This document shows, piece after piece, positions 29,397-39,036 of a stretch of 64,000 nt of DNA. The first letter of the stretch is position 1; the number at the start of each line of letters is the position of its first letter. The position numbers and the translations under genes are program-made. The DNA comes from Bdellovibrionales bacterium (GTDB lineage Bacteria > Bdellovibrionota > Bdellovibrionia > Bdellovibrionales > JAUICD01): assembly GCA_965197425.1 (NCBI GenBank), contig CBDANC010000014.1:224001-288000 (forward strand). Direction: 5' to 3'. Below the pieces are notes generated by a model. It worked only from the letters and a program-made list of their open reading frames with translations. It searched no databases and was not told where the DNA came from.

Positions 29397-31820
29397 CTAT
29401 CTTAATTTTGCCGAGAATTTAAGTCCCACTGCATTAACAACTCTGTCTTGAATAGAATTTATATCCGCATCTTTAAGACTTTTTTTGCTACTCTGATAAA
29501 CACATCTTATACCCAATGCCACTTTGCCAGCTTCCATACCACCAGGATAAATATCAAATGGGTACACCTTAATTAAAACAGGCCCTGCTTGTTTTTTTAT
29601 TGTTTTAATTAAATCTGATATTTTTATATCCTGACTTACAATCAAAGAAATATCCCTTTCTATTCTTGGATACTTTGAAAAAGGTTTAATGGTATGTTTT
29701 TTAGGTAGTTTTTCAAAAAGTTTATCTAAAGAAATTTCACCTACAACACACTCTAAGAGTTCAAACTCACTTTTAATCTTTGGATGCACTTCTCCCAAAT
29801 ACCCAGCAGACTTATTTCCTAAAACTAACCTACCACCCCTTACACCATTGATATAATCAGGCACTCCATCTTGCCATTCGAAAGATACAAAAAAACTTTT
29901 TAATATATTTTCCAGATCACTTTTTACATCTAAAATTAACGGTGTTTTGTTATCAGTCAAAAGCGACCTCTTGCTACCCCACGCCACTATACCTAATCGA
30001 AACTCTTCTCTATATTTAAATTCTTCTTCACAAACTTTCTCTGATTTATAAAACACAGGACCTACCTCAAACAACCTTCCAAAAGATTCTCCATGCCTTG
30101 CGTTATGAGACATTGTCTTTATCAAACCTGACACAAGCCCTCTTCTCATGACATCTAAATCTTGGCTTAAGGGATTAATTAACTTAACAGCTTCATTGGT
30201 AGTGCTAAGACCACACTCCAAAATACTATCCACCTTACCCAACAATTTGGACTCCAAACAACCATCAGTAAAAGCATAATTTATTATCTGATTATATCCT
30301 TGAGATTTAACCAAGGTCTTTAATTTTTTGCTCAACGTATAAAAAGGAGCATGTTTTCTCAAGCTGTTAGATATAAAAGGTTTTTTAGAGGGTATCTTCG
30401 AAAATCCATCCAACCTAACATATTCTTCAATAAGATCTTCTTTTAACAAAAGATCCGATCTATGTATTGACGGAATAACCTCTAAACTCCCCCCCACTTT
30501 TCCACCACTACCACTTACCTTACAACCTATTAGACCAAAATATTTTTTCATACTATCTATATCAACCAAATAACCAAGCCTTGAAGAGACTTGCTCTTTT
30601 GATATCGATATAGCCTTAGTCTGTTCTTTTGGACTAGGATAGTTATCAATATAACAAGTGGCTACACCACCTGTAATATCACAAATAAGTTTTGCAGCTC
30701 TTTTTATTGCAAGCTCTGGCATAAAAGCTTCCACACCCTTTGAAAATCTATATGAAGAGTCTGTCTCTATACCAATTCTCCTAGATGTTTTTCTCACCGG
30801 CTCTTTTAAAAAACAAGCAGCCTCAATAAATATGTCCTTAGTATCCTCTGTAACCTTAGAGCTTTCTCCCCCTATGATACCAGCAAGAGCAATAACCCCA
30901 GACTCATCTCTAATAGTAAGATCACCGGAGGTTAATTTAATCTGACTGCCATCTAGAGCTTGGAATTTGTCATTCGAGCAAGCCTCCTTAACAGTTATTT
31001 TTTTATTTATGTTGTTTACATCAAATGCATGTAAAGGCTGCCCTAGTTCCAACATAATAAAATTAGTTATGTCCACAACATTATTAACTGCATTGATATT
31101 AACAGCCTTTAAATAATTTTTTATATGATGGGGACTTTCTTTTATTTCCACCCCTTTTACCAACAGGCCAATATACCTAGGACATAAATCAGATCTTATA
31201 TCAACATGAATAGAGCTTTTTTTTAAATCAAGTATATCTACAGCCTCAGGATCTTTTATAGGAAGCTTTAAGATAGAAGCAATTTCTCTAGCAAGCCCAA
31301 AGTGGTTTAAAGCATCTGGTCTATTTGAACCTATGCTAACATCTAAAATAGAATCCTTTTTGTAATAGTCATCAAACAGCGTTCCATCACATGGGGCATT
31401 TTTTTCTAACACCATAATACCATCAGCTTCATCTGATATACTTAGCTCTGATTCAGAACAGATCATTCCACAAGACTCCACACCTCTTATTTTAGATTTC
31501 TTTATCTTTACACCACAAGGAAGTCTTGCTCCGGGAAGAGCAACTACCACTCTATCATTTTTTTTAAAATTTTTACCTCCACAAACTATTTGATGTGTAA
31601 CATCACTCCCTACACTAACCTGACATAATAAAAGTTTGTCAGCATTTGGATGACTGATTACATCCAGCACAGTTCCTAGTACAACTTTATCTAAAGGAAT
31701 ATCTTTTTCTAGAGACTCTACTTCAAAACCACATCTTGTAAGTCTGTCTGATAGTTGAGGAACACTCACAACACTTTTAAAGTCTACATATTCGCTAAGC
31801 CAGTTAGTAGAAAATCTCAT
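29397..31820 (-). CDS. pheT: phenylalanine-tRNA ligase beta subunit
   Basis: HPNADKL, NRPD, VVDITN, EDLIEE, RDIS FDX domain. Confidence 0.95.
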   Translation of the reverse strand: MRFSTNWLSEYVDFKSVVSVPQLSDRLTRCGFEVESLEKDIPLDKVVLGTVLDVISHPNADKLLLCQVSVGSDVTHQIVCGGKNFKKNDRVVVALPGARLPCGVKIKKSKIRGVESCGMICSESELSISDEADGIMVLEKNAPCDGTLFDDYYKKDSILDVSIGSNRPDALNHFGLAREIASILKLPIKDPEAVDILDLKKSSIHVDIRSDLCPRYIGLLVKGVEIKESPHHIKNYLKAVNINAVNNVVDITNFIMLELGQPLHAFDVNNINKKITVKEACSNDKFQALDGSQIKLTSGDLTIRDESGVIALAGIIGGESSKVTEDTKDIFIEAACFLKEPVRKTSRRIGIETDSSYRFSKGVEAFMPELAIKRAAKLICDITGGVATCYIDNYPSPKEQTKAISISKEQVSSRLGYLVDIDSMKKYFGLIGCKVSGSGGKVGGSLEVIPSIHRSDLLLKEDLIEEYVRLDGFSKIPSKKPFISNSLRKHAPFYTLSKKLKTLVKSQGYNQIINYAFTDGCLESKLLGKVDSILECGLSTTNEAVKLINPLSQDLDVMRRGLVSGLIKTMSHNARHGESFGRLFEVGPVFYKSEKVCEEEFKYREEFRLGIVAWGSKRSLLTDNKTPLILDVKSDLENILKSFFVSFEWQDGVPDYINGVRGGRLVLGNKSAGYLGEVHPKIKSEFELLECVVGEISLDKLFEKLPKKHTIKPFSKYPRIERDISLIVSQDIKISDLIKTIKKQAGPVLIKVYPFDIYPGGMEAGKVALGIRCVYQSSKKSLKDADINSIQDRVVNAVGLKFSAKLR

Positions 31821-32833
31821 AGTTGCCTCAAGAATCTAAGATCATTTTCAAAAAACAATCTGATGTCCTCTATTTTATATTTTATTATAGCCATACGCTC
31901 TATACCCATACCAAAAGCAAAACCCTGCCATTTTTCAGGATCAATTCCTGAAATTTTAAGTACATTTGGATGAACCAAACCACAACCAGCAATTTCCATC
32001 CATCCTGTGTGCGCACACATACTACAGCCTTTTTTGTTGCAGAGTATACATGTACAATCAACCTCAGCAGATGGCTCTGTAAATGGGAAAAAACTTGGTC
32101 TAAACCTAATCTCTACATCACCAAAAAATTCTTTTGCAAAAAAATCCAAGGAACCTTTTAGATCTGCCATGGAAACATTTTTATCTATCAATAGCCCCTC
32201 TACTTGGTGAAACATAGGGCTGTGGGATATATCACTATCGCATCTAAACACACTCCCTGGACCTAACACACTAATAGGTAGAGTTTCTTCTCTCATAGTC
32301 CTTACCTGTATAGGACTTGTATGTGGTCTTAGGGAAAAGTTGTGATCTATGTAAAAAGTATCCTGCATGTCTCTGGCAGGATGATCCTTCGGAATATTTA
32401 AAGCTTCGAAGTTATTTTCATCTGAATCAATACACGGGCCAGTTCTTACATAAAATCCAAGCCTTGAAAAAATATCTATAATTTCATCCATAATAGTATC
32501 TATTGGATGTAGTGAACCCAAAGATGGTGTGATAACTCCAGGTAACCCCAAATCTATTGGTTTCTTTAATTCCTCTAAAAGAGCTACATCTGCTAATTTT
32601 TTTTTACATTCTTGATATAGGCTTTCTAGCTTATTTTTAGTTTTATTTAAAACTGACCCTATATGCTTTTTTTGATCGGCATCTGGAATACTGCCAATGC
32701 TTTTCATCAACAAGGAAAGTTCACCCTTTCTACCCAAAAATTGAACCCTGGCTTGTTCCAACGACGATATGTCTTCTGCCTTTTTGAAAGTTTGGGAGGC
32801 CAAGTTTTCTAAATTGTGTATCTGTTTTTCCAC
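31817..32833 (-). CDS. pheS: phenylalanine-tRNA ligase alpha subunit
   Basis: HPARDMQDTFY, FHQVEG, FFPFTEPS, GFAFGMGIER; GTG start at 32833 chosen for typical length. Confidence 0.96.
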   Translation of the reverse strand: MEKQIHNLENLASQTFKKAEDISSLEQARVQFLGRKGELSLLMKSIGSIPDADQKKHIGSVLNKTKNKLESLYQECKKKLADVALLEELKKPIDLGLPGVITPSLGSLHPIDTIMDEIIDIFSRLGFYVRTGPCIDSDENNFEALNIPKDHPARDMQDTFYIDHNFSLRPHTSPIQVRTMREETLPISVLGPGSVFRCDSDISHSPMFHQVEGLLIDKNVSMADLKGSLDFFAKEFFGDVEIRFRPSFFPFTEPSAEVDCTCILCNKKGCSMCAHTGWMEIAGCGLVHPNVLKISGIDPEKWQGFAFGMGIERMAIIKYKIEDIRLFFENDLRFLRQL

Positions 32834-32898
32834 GGTGTGAATATAAAATAGTTTTAAATTGTAAGCAAAGGTATTATTGTAAGCCAAAAAACAATTTA

Positions 32899-32922
32899 TT
32901 GCCAGATTCAATCAGTGTTGGA
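32899..32922 (+). repeat. right arm of a degenerate type B element
   Basis: TTGCCAGATTCAATCAGTGTTGGA versus TTGCCATATTCAATCAGTGTTTGGA upstream of dnaX. Confidence 0.65.
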
Positions 32923-32931
32923 AAGAGCTTA

Positions 32932-33651
32932 ATGAAATTAATAACTAGTACTAAAAATGAACAATTTAAGCTTCTCAAATCTCTTTTGACATCAAAAGGT
33001 GTGAAGAAAAACAACCTATGTATGGTAATGGGAAGGCAACACCCAAAAAGCAAAATAGAGCTGGAAATTCTTCCAAAGGATTGGTCAGATGCTTCCAAAT
33101 CTACAAATCAAATTTTTCTTACTAAAGAGCTATTTAATAAGCTAGACATTCTAGGGACACATCATCCAATTTCAGTTATAAAAACTCCAAAATTACCCAA
33201 ATGGAACGAACAAGATAAGTTGGAAGGGAAAGAAGTATTAATTCCACTTAAAGATCCTACAAACTTAGGCAGCGTCATACGGTCATGTGTAGCATTCGAC
33301 ATGGATAAAATCATTCTGTTGAATGGAGTAGCAAACCCATTTTTACCCAAAGTTATAAAGACCTCAAACTATGCGGTGCTTAACAAAAAAATATTTGTAG
33401 GCCCAAAAGCAGAAGATATTAAAAGTTACATAGCTCTTAACTCAAACAAAGGCATAGACATAAAAAGCTTTAAATGGCCTAAAAAGGGAAGACTTATGAT
33501 AGGAGAAGAAAGAGGCCTTGTCGTAAACAAACTTGCCTTGGATAAATCTGATCAAGTCAAACATGTTAATATACCAATGGCTAAAGGCTTTGATTCATTA
33601 AACTCTTCTGTGGCTGCTAGTATTGCAATGTATAGCTGGAAAAATTCGTAG
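32932..33651 (+). CDS. TrmH/SpoU family RNA methyltransferase
   Basis: DPTNLGSVIRS, IGEERG, IPM...SLNSSVAASI SPOUT motifs. Confidence 0.88.
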   Translation: MKLITSTKNEQFKLLKSLLTSKGVKKNNLCMVMGRQHPKSKIELEILPKDWSDASKSTNQIFLTKELFNKLDILGTHHPISVIKTPKLPKWNEQDKLEGKEVLIPLKDPTNLGSVIRSCVAFDMDKIILLNGVANPFLPKVIKTSNYAVLNKKIFVGPKAEDIKSYIALNSNKGIDIKSFKWPKKGRLMIGEERGLVVNKLALDKSDQVKHVNIPMAKGFDSLNSSVAASIAMYSWKNS

Positions 33652-33674
33652 TTTTAGAATTACAAAAGAAAGAC

Positions 33675-34397
33675 TTATTGCCTGTTTTGTCTCTTTTTTT
33701 CTGCTTTATATCTTTTAGCCGCTGCTTTAGATCTACTTTTTACTTTTCTTCTTTTGTTTTTCAATGCCGTTTTGCTGGCTGAGGCTTTACGCAGAGCTTT
33801 TTCGGTTTGTTGTCTTTGCTTGTGTGCTTTAATTTCCCAATCAGTAGCATCTTTTTCAGATTTTTTTACCTTTTGCCTTAAAGCACTTACTTCTCTTTTA
33901 GATTTTGCAATATCTTGTTTTCTGTTTTTTATGTCTTTTTTATAATTAGCTATTTGTTTTTCTACAGATCGTTTATCTTTCTCCAATTCACTCTTAGTAT
34001 TCAAAGAAGCTTTAAGGGCATCTTCCGCACTCTGCAACTGTTCCTTGTGATTCTTTTCTTTAAGCTCTAAAGCACTAATAATCTCTTCTAATCTTGTGAT
34101 CTCTTTATTTGCTTTGAAAGTTTTGTCCTTAGCAATATTATATTTTTTCTTTACTCTATTTATGACTGCTTTAGTTCTTCTTTCTACAGATTCTCTTTTC
34201 TTCTTTGTATTGCTAAGTTTTATTTGAGTTTGTCTCTCTTCTCTATCTGCTTCACGAGCCTCTTCTTCTGCTAACCTAGCTTCTTCCTCCAATTCATCCA
34301 CATCCACTTCTTCAAATTCCAGGTGAATATCATCTTCAATCTGAGCATAGGAATAACCAGGGGCAACCATTAATAGTGTAATAAATAAACACTTCAT
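33675..34397 (-). CDS. secreted coiled-coil protein (acidic N-terminus, basic C-terminus)
   Basis: Signal peptide ending SYA; long heptad region. Confidence 0.7.
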   Translation of the reverse strand: MKCLFITLLMVAPGYSYAQIEDDIHLEFEEVDVDELEEEARLAEEEAREADREERQTQIKLSNTKKKRESVERRTKAVINRVKKKYNIAKDKTFKANKEITRLEEIISALELKEKNHKEQLQSAEDALKASLNTKSELEKDKRSVEKQIANYKKDIKNRKQDIAKSKREVSALRQKVKKSEKDATDWEIKAHKQRQQTEKALRKASASKTALKNKRRKVKSRSKAAAKRYKAEKKRQNRQ

Positions 34398-34408
34398 CTT
34401 AAGTCTAG

Positions 34409-34435
34409 GTTCGGAATTTAATAGACAAAGCTTAA
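34409..34435 (-). promoter_or_regulatory. sigma-28-like promoter
   Basis: Minus strand TTAAG-N16-CCGAAC, 11 bp before ATG 34397. Confidence 0.55.
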
Positions 34436-34513
34436 GTTTATCAGAGCCTAATGTGCCTAATTTCTAAATTACAACTAGACTTTGATACTAAAAGGATGCT
34501 TAAACAGTGGGGC

Positions 34514-35176
34514 ATGTTTAATGTAGCTCAAAGCTGGAAGCCCATTTTACAAAGTGAGTTTGAAAAATCCTACTGGCAAACCTTAACTGGGTTTTTAGAA
34601 AAAGAGTATTTGAATAATACAATATTTCCGCCAAAACCACAGGTATTTAGATCGATGGGCTTAGCTCCTTTTAACAGCATAAAGGTAGTTATAATAGGCC
34701 AAGACCCATATCATGGAGAAGGCCAGGCCAATGGCCTTTGTTTTTCTGTGAACAAAAAAGTAACCCTTCCTCCTTCTCTAAAAAATATTTTTAAGGAACT
34801 ACAAGATGACTTGGGAATTTTGAACACCTCAGGAGATTTATCTAATTGGGCCAGTCAGGGGGTTTTGCTCTTAAATTCAACCTTAACCGTTAAAAAGGGA
34901 TTGGCTGGGTCACACCAACTGAAAGGATGGGAGCAGTTTACAGACCATATAATAAAGAAAGTAAGCAGTAAGCTTAATAATATTGTGTTTATTCTATGGG
35001 GTTCTTATGCAATTAAAAAAGGAGAAGTAATAGATAAAACCAAGCACTTTTGTTTAAGTTCAGCACATCCCTCTCCATTTTCTGCAAATAGAGGTTTTTT
35101 TGGTTCAAAACCATTTTCTAAAACCAACATATACCTAAGGAAGCACAATTTAAATATGATAGATTGGAGTACCTAA
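34514..35176 (+). CDS. ung: uracil-DNA glycosylase (family 1)
   Basis: GQDPYH, PPSLKNIF, GVLLLN, AHPSP. Confidence 0.96.
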   Translation: MFNVAQSWKPILQSEFEKSYWQTLTGFLEKEYLNNTIFPPKPQVFRSMGLAPFNSIKVVIIGQDPYHGEGQANGLCFSVNKKVTLPPSLKNIFKELQDDLGILNTSGDLSNWASQGVLLLNSTLTVKKGLAGSHQLKGWEQFTDHIIKKVSSKLNNIVFILWGSYAIKKGEVIDKTKHFCLSSAHPSPFSANRGFFGSKPFSKTNIYLRKHNLNMIDWST

Positions 35177-35200
35177 AGAAACACTACATAACTACCGACT
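35174..35200 (+). promoter_or_regulatory. sigma-28-like promoter
   Basis: TAAAG-N16-CCGACT, 11 bp before ATG 35212. Confidence 0.55.
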
Positions 35201-35211
35201 ACGTTTACGCT

Positions 35212-36678
35212 ATGTTCTCTTATAAGAATGCCTGTTTATTTGCTATAATTGTATTGCTTACAGCACAAACTTCATGGACACAAGATAATGATAATGCAGA
35301 TATTCAAAACGACGGGCTGAATCCAGAATCAAGGGCATGTAGAGCTTCTTACGAAACCTACAGTCGTGCAAGAGAAGCCAGAAATAGAGCCTGCCCTTCA
35401 GAAAACCTAACTAGTTGTGAACAAAAGATATCGGAATGCACAGAAATGCTAGAAAATATTTTTCCAGCAACAACTTCAGGAAGAATTAATACTAATCAAG
35501 TTGAAAGTTTTGAAGAGGCTTGTCCTGGAGTTCTGGGTTCATTCAGTGGACGTAGAGGTGGAATAAAACAAAGAATGGATAGGCTACTTCAAGAACGAAA
35601 AGAAAACATCGACAATGCAAAAAAAGATTATGACAAAGTTAAGCAAAGAAGAGAAGCAAAAATTAAAAAGCTAGAAGAAAAGCTAGACAAATTGACAAAC
35701 GGCACACCAACCGAAGGTGACAAAGAAAAATCACTGAGTGAAATGTCAATAGGTGAGCTAGATGCAAAAGCCTCAGAATTAACTAACAGTAATAGAGAGA
35801 TGGAGCAAAAAACAGTGGAATATATGGAGGCTCTTAATGGAGAAAACGGAATACTAAAAAAATTAAACGACGCAAGGAAAAACATAGCTACTGCTAGAAG
35901 AGCTTATAGAGACGTTGAGCAAAGACTAGTTATACAATGTGACGAGACAGTAGAAGGGGAATTAGCTACATTTGATAGACGATTTAGAGCCAGAAGATCA
36001 AATCAAAGCAGAAGGGCAATAAGGGCGAGAGAAAAGCGTAAATTATATGCCAGATGCATGGCACGAAAAGCAAACACAATTGCACTATCAAATGCAAGAG
36101 AAGATTATACACAAACACTAAATACTCTCCAACAAGAGATAAATAGGCTACAAACTTCGCTTCAAGACAGAGAACAACAATATCAAATGGAATTACAAGA
36201 GGTCGAACAAAATAAACGAAGAAGGCTTCTAGAAATACAGCAAGAAAAACAAAGAAGAATTTCAGAGTTATCTAACATAACAAAGGAACTTGCAGAGGTT
36301 AAGTCTCCAAGTAGAGAAGAAGAGAGATTAGGCAGAGAACTAGAAGAAGCATCTGAAGCGTTAGATGAACAAACAACCACCATTGAAAACTTAGAATTAC
36401 GCCTAGGAGGTGTAATCTCTAATGAAGATCCTAATACCGAGCTACTAGCAGACATCTACACAGATCAAAAGTTTGAATCTGCAAAACAAATTGCTCTGGA
36501 TGAATGTTGTATTCCAAATTCCAGTAATGGTGAACCAACAATATCATATATAAAATCGCAGAGTATTAGTGGTGTATCGGGAGCAAGTAATTTCTGCAGA
36601 ACAACAACTACACCAAATCCTGATGCAGGAAATGGAGGATCTCCTCCTCCCTCCGAAACAGAGGCAGTGCCAAACTGA
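35212..36678 (+). CDS. secreted long coiled-coil protein with Cys-rich ends
   Basis: Signal peptide, Cys clusters at both termini, central heptads. Confidence 0.75.
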   Translation: MFSYKNACLFAIIVLLTAQTSWTQDNDNADIQNDGLNPESRACRASYETYSRAREARNRACPSENLTSCEQKISECTEMLENIFPATTSGRINTNQVESFEEACPGVLGSFSGRRGGIKQRMDRLLQERKENIDNAKKDYDKVKQRREAKIKKLEEKLDKLTNGTPTEGDKEKSLSEMSIGELDAKASELTNSNREMEQKTVEYMEALNGENGILKKLNDARKNIATARRAYRDVEQRLVIQCDETVEGELATFDRRFRARRSNQSRRAIRAREKRKLYARCMARKANTIALSNAREDYTQTLNTLQQEINRLQTSLQDREQQYQMELQEVEQNKRRRLLEIQQEKQRRISELSNITKELAEVKSPSREEERLGRELEEASEALDEQTTTIENLELRLGGVISNEDPNTELLADIYTDQKFESAKQIALDECCIPNSSNGEPTISYIKSQSISGVSGASNFCRTTTTPNPDAGNGGSPPPSETEAVPN

Positions 36679-36724
36679 TAAAACAAATATTTTTACAGGA
36701 CATTTCTACTGGATAGCAGATGTG

Positions 36725-36790
36725 TCAAAACGTAATTCATCCATCAAAAATAGAACAAGTCCCATTGTTTGCTGGGACTCAATCAGTGCT
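36725..36790 (+). repeat. dispersed hairpin element type B
   Basis: TCAAAACGTAATTC-[imperfect stem, loop containing AACAAGTC]-TCAATCAGTG. Confidence 0.75.
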
Positions 36791-36948
36791 GAGGAAGACC
36801 TTGAGAAACTTAGATCAGCATCGTGTTCCAGAGCTGGGCAACCATCAATTATCGAATATCCCTGATTGCCCGACTGCCTGCTCAGATACTAAATCTATAC
36901 TTTAGTTCAGTAAAATAAATGACACCTTATAGGTTACAATCTTACTCT

Positions 36949-37815
36949 ATGAAGTCTTTTGTGCTGCTGATATTGATCTTGTTCCAAACAACAAATGCCA
37001 TAGGCTCTATGGGAAATCACAAGATAGAATCCTCTCTAATATTTGATCTACCCATAGAGTACAACCCACATGTTCAAAAGTGGATAAACTACTTTCAAAA
37101 TTCCGGTAGAAAGCATTTTTCCAAATGGCTTGAACGACATAAAAGTGTAGTACCTAGAATACAAGACATCTTAGAAACACATGGTCTTCCAAGAGATCTG
37201 GTTTACATGGCCATGATTGAAAGTGGTTTTTCACCCTATGCCAAATCACATAAAGATGCTGTAGGTCCGTGGCAATTTATAAAACCCACCGCAGAACGCT
37301 TTGGTTTAAAAGTAAACTCATGGATTGATGAAAGAAAGGATATTGATAAAAGCACAATAGCTGCTACCAGATACCTAAAATATCTCTATGGAATGTTTGG
37401 CTCTTGGTACCTAGTAGCTGCTGCATATAATACAGGAGAAAATAGAGTACATAGAGCAATAATAAAGCACAAAACCAAAAACTTTTGGGAACTTATCAAA
37501 AATAACGCCCTTCACAGCGAAACAACAAATTATGTTCCAAAACTAATAGCAGCCATGTTAATTGCAAAAGCCCCAGGGCTCTATGGCTTTAGACAAATAA
37601 ACTACAAAAATCCAACCCTGTTTGCATATTTTAGCTTCCCAGGTGGAACAAATATCAAAAGCTTAAGTAAATACCTAAATGTAAACTCAGAGGTTATAAC
37701 AGGTCTAAACCCTGAACTAAACTTAACTACAATCCCAAGCTTTGTTAGATCACATAAAATCAAGATACCCCTACACTCAATGAACAGAGCACAGGAGTAT
37801 ATCAAAACTCTATAA
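36949..37815 (+). CDS. MltD-like lytic murein transglycosylase
   Basis: AMIESGF, AVGPWQF, AAYNTGE, ETTNYVPK. Confidence 0.9.
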   Translation: MKSFVLLILILFQTTNAIGSMGNHKIESSLIFDLPIEYNPHVQKWINYFQNSGRKHFSKWLERHKSVVPRIQDILETHGLPRDLVYMAMIESGFSPYAKSHKDAVGPWQFIKPTAERFGLKVNSWIDERKDIDKSTIAATRYLKYLYGMFGSWYLVAAAYNTGENRVHRAIIKHKTKNFWELIKNNALHSETTNYVPKLIAAMLIAKAPGLYGFRQINYKNPTLFAYFSFPGGTNIKSLSKYLNVNSEVITGLNPELNLTTIPSFVRSHKIKIPLHSMNRAQEYIKTL

Positions 37816-38790
37816 ACAATTTTTTAACCAAGAAAGGAAGTTTAATCTTCTTTTGGATATGTCAAAGTGTCCGCCTTCAAATTCCTCATAGTGTAATTTA
37901 AAATTGTGTTCTTTTAAAATTTGCCAAATACGGTATGTACCAAACCCAAGGGAAAATTCATCAGACTTACCACACTCTAAAAAAACTGACTTTAATGTCT
38001 TTAAATTTTCTTTTCTTTTTTCTAAAAAAACTACTGGATCATGCTCTTTCCACTTATCCCAAATTTCTTTCTTTAAAATTCCTGTATTGAGATCAACTGG
38101 AAGCTCTATTTTAGTCTTTGGACAATAACAAGCAGACATTGCCACAGTTTCTATTGCAGACATATCCTTTACTTCACCCCTTTGTATAAGGTTGAGGGTT
38201 TCATCCAATCCAGTTTTTTTGATAAAAGCACAAGCTTTATAGATTGAGGGCAAATAACAGGTCTCAAAAAAAGAGTCCGGTGCTATAGCTCCCACATGTT
38301 TAAAAATAGAATGTTTGCTTGCAAGCTGTAAAGCCCCATAGCCTCCACTTGATCCTCCAAAAATTGCCCACAAATTATGGTCATCACAAAATTCTGAGGA
38401 TATTATGGGGGATAGCTCTTCTACTATATGATCTTCATATCTACCCACAATAGGACTATTTAAAAATTGACTTCCTCCTAAAGAAGACGAAGCATCCACA
38501 AAAACATAGACCGCTTGTGGAATGTTTTCAAAGTTACTGTCTATCATTTGAGGAAAATTATCTTCGTTCATCCATTTAATATTAAAGTAACCAGGACCTG
38601 TGGATGAAAATCCTGATAGAATAAAAACCACAGGACATTTATCCTTTTTGTTCTTCGGAACAAGTAAGATATGTCTTTTTGTAGAAGGGTCATTTAAATG
38701 ATTATCTACCAACACCTTACTTTCTAGCTCAAGGGTCTGTATTTCAAAATGTCCCAAATCAATATAATTAAAGCCTTTTGTAATTTTCAT
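37810..38790 (-). CDS. alpha/beta hydrolase (Fes-like esterase)
   Basis: GGSSGGYGA nucleophile elbow, C-terminal EEFEGGH. Confidence 0.8.
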   Translation of the reverse strand: MKITKGFNYIDLGHFEIQTLELESKVLVDNHLNDPSTKRHILLVPKNKKDKCPVVFILSGFSSTGPGYFNIKWMNEDNFPQMIDSNFENIPQAVYVFVDASSSLGGSQFLNSPIVGRYEDHIVEELSPIISSEFCDDHNLWAIFGGSSGGYGALQLASKHSIFKHVGAIAPDSFFETCYLPSIYKACAFIKKTGLDETLNLIQRGEVKDMSAIETVAMSACYCPKTKIELPVDLNTGILKKEIWDKWKEHDPVVFLEKRKENLKTLKSVFLECGKSDEFSLGFGTYRIWQILKEHNFKLHYEEFEGGHFDISKRRLNFLSWLKNCL

Positions 38791-38908
38791 ATTTTTACCT
38801 CTTAATTTTGCCGTCAACACTATGAAAGATATAATGATATCACAAATTTTGGTTGATGTATGGTACCTTAGGCTTTATGAAACTGTATGCAGTTGAAGTA
38901 ACTGTGCC

Positions 38909-39032
38909 GGAACGTAGGACCACTGAAAAAACGAACAAGTCCGTTTATTTCATTGGCCTCTCAGTGTTGTTGAACGTAATTCGCCTGACAAAAAAGCAAC
39001 AAGTCACTTTTTGGTCAGGCTCAATCAGTGTG
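38909..39032 (+). repeat. two tandem hairpin elements (type A then type B) in the speA leader
   Basis: Both begin GAACGTA, have AACAAGTC in the loop and end TCAGTGT; 62-bp period. Confidence 0.85.
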
Positions 39033-39036
39033 GGTT

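Noticed and set aside
36755..36780. c-di-GMP-I riboswitch on the minus strand (GCAAAC...GGGAC)
   Set aside because: No room for the GNRA-capped stem and no following GCAAA or second stem.
36789..36830. Hammerhead ribozyme (CTGAGGA...GAAA)
   Set aside because: The segment between the core motifs (AGACCTTGA) cannot close stem II, and stems I and III are not evident.
5939..39032. Canonical integron or CALIN cassette array
   Set aside because: The elements sit beside housekeeping genes in mixed orientation, spacers are non-canonical, and no integrase or attI is seen; kept only as attC-like.
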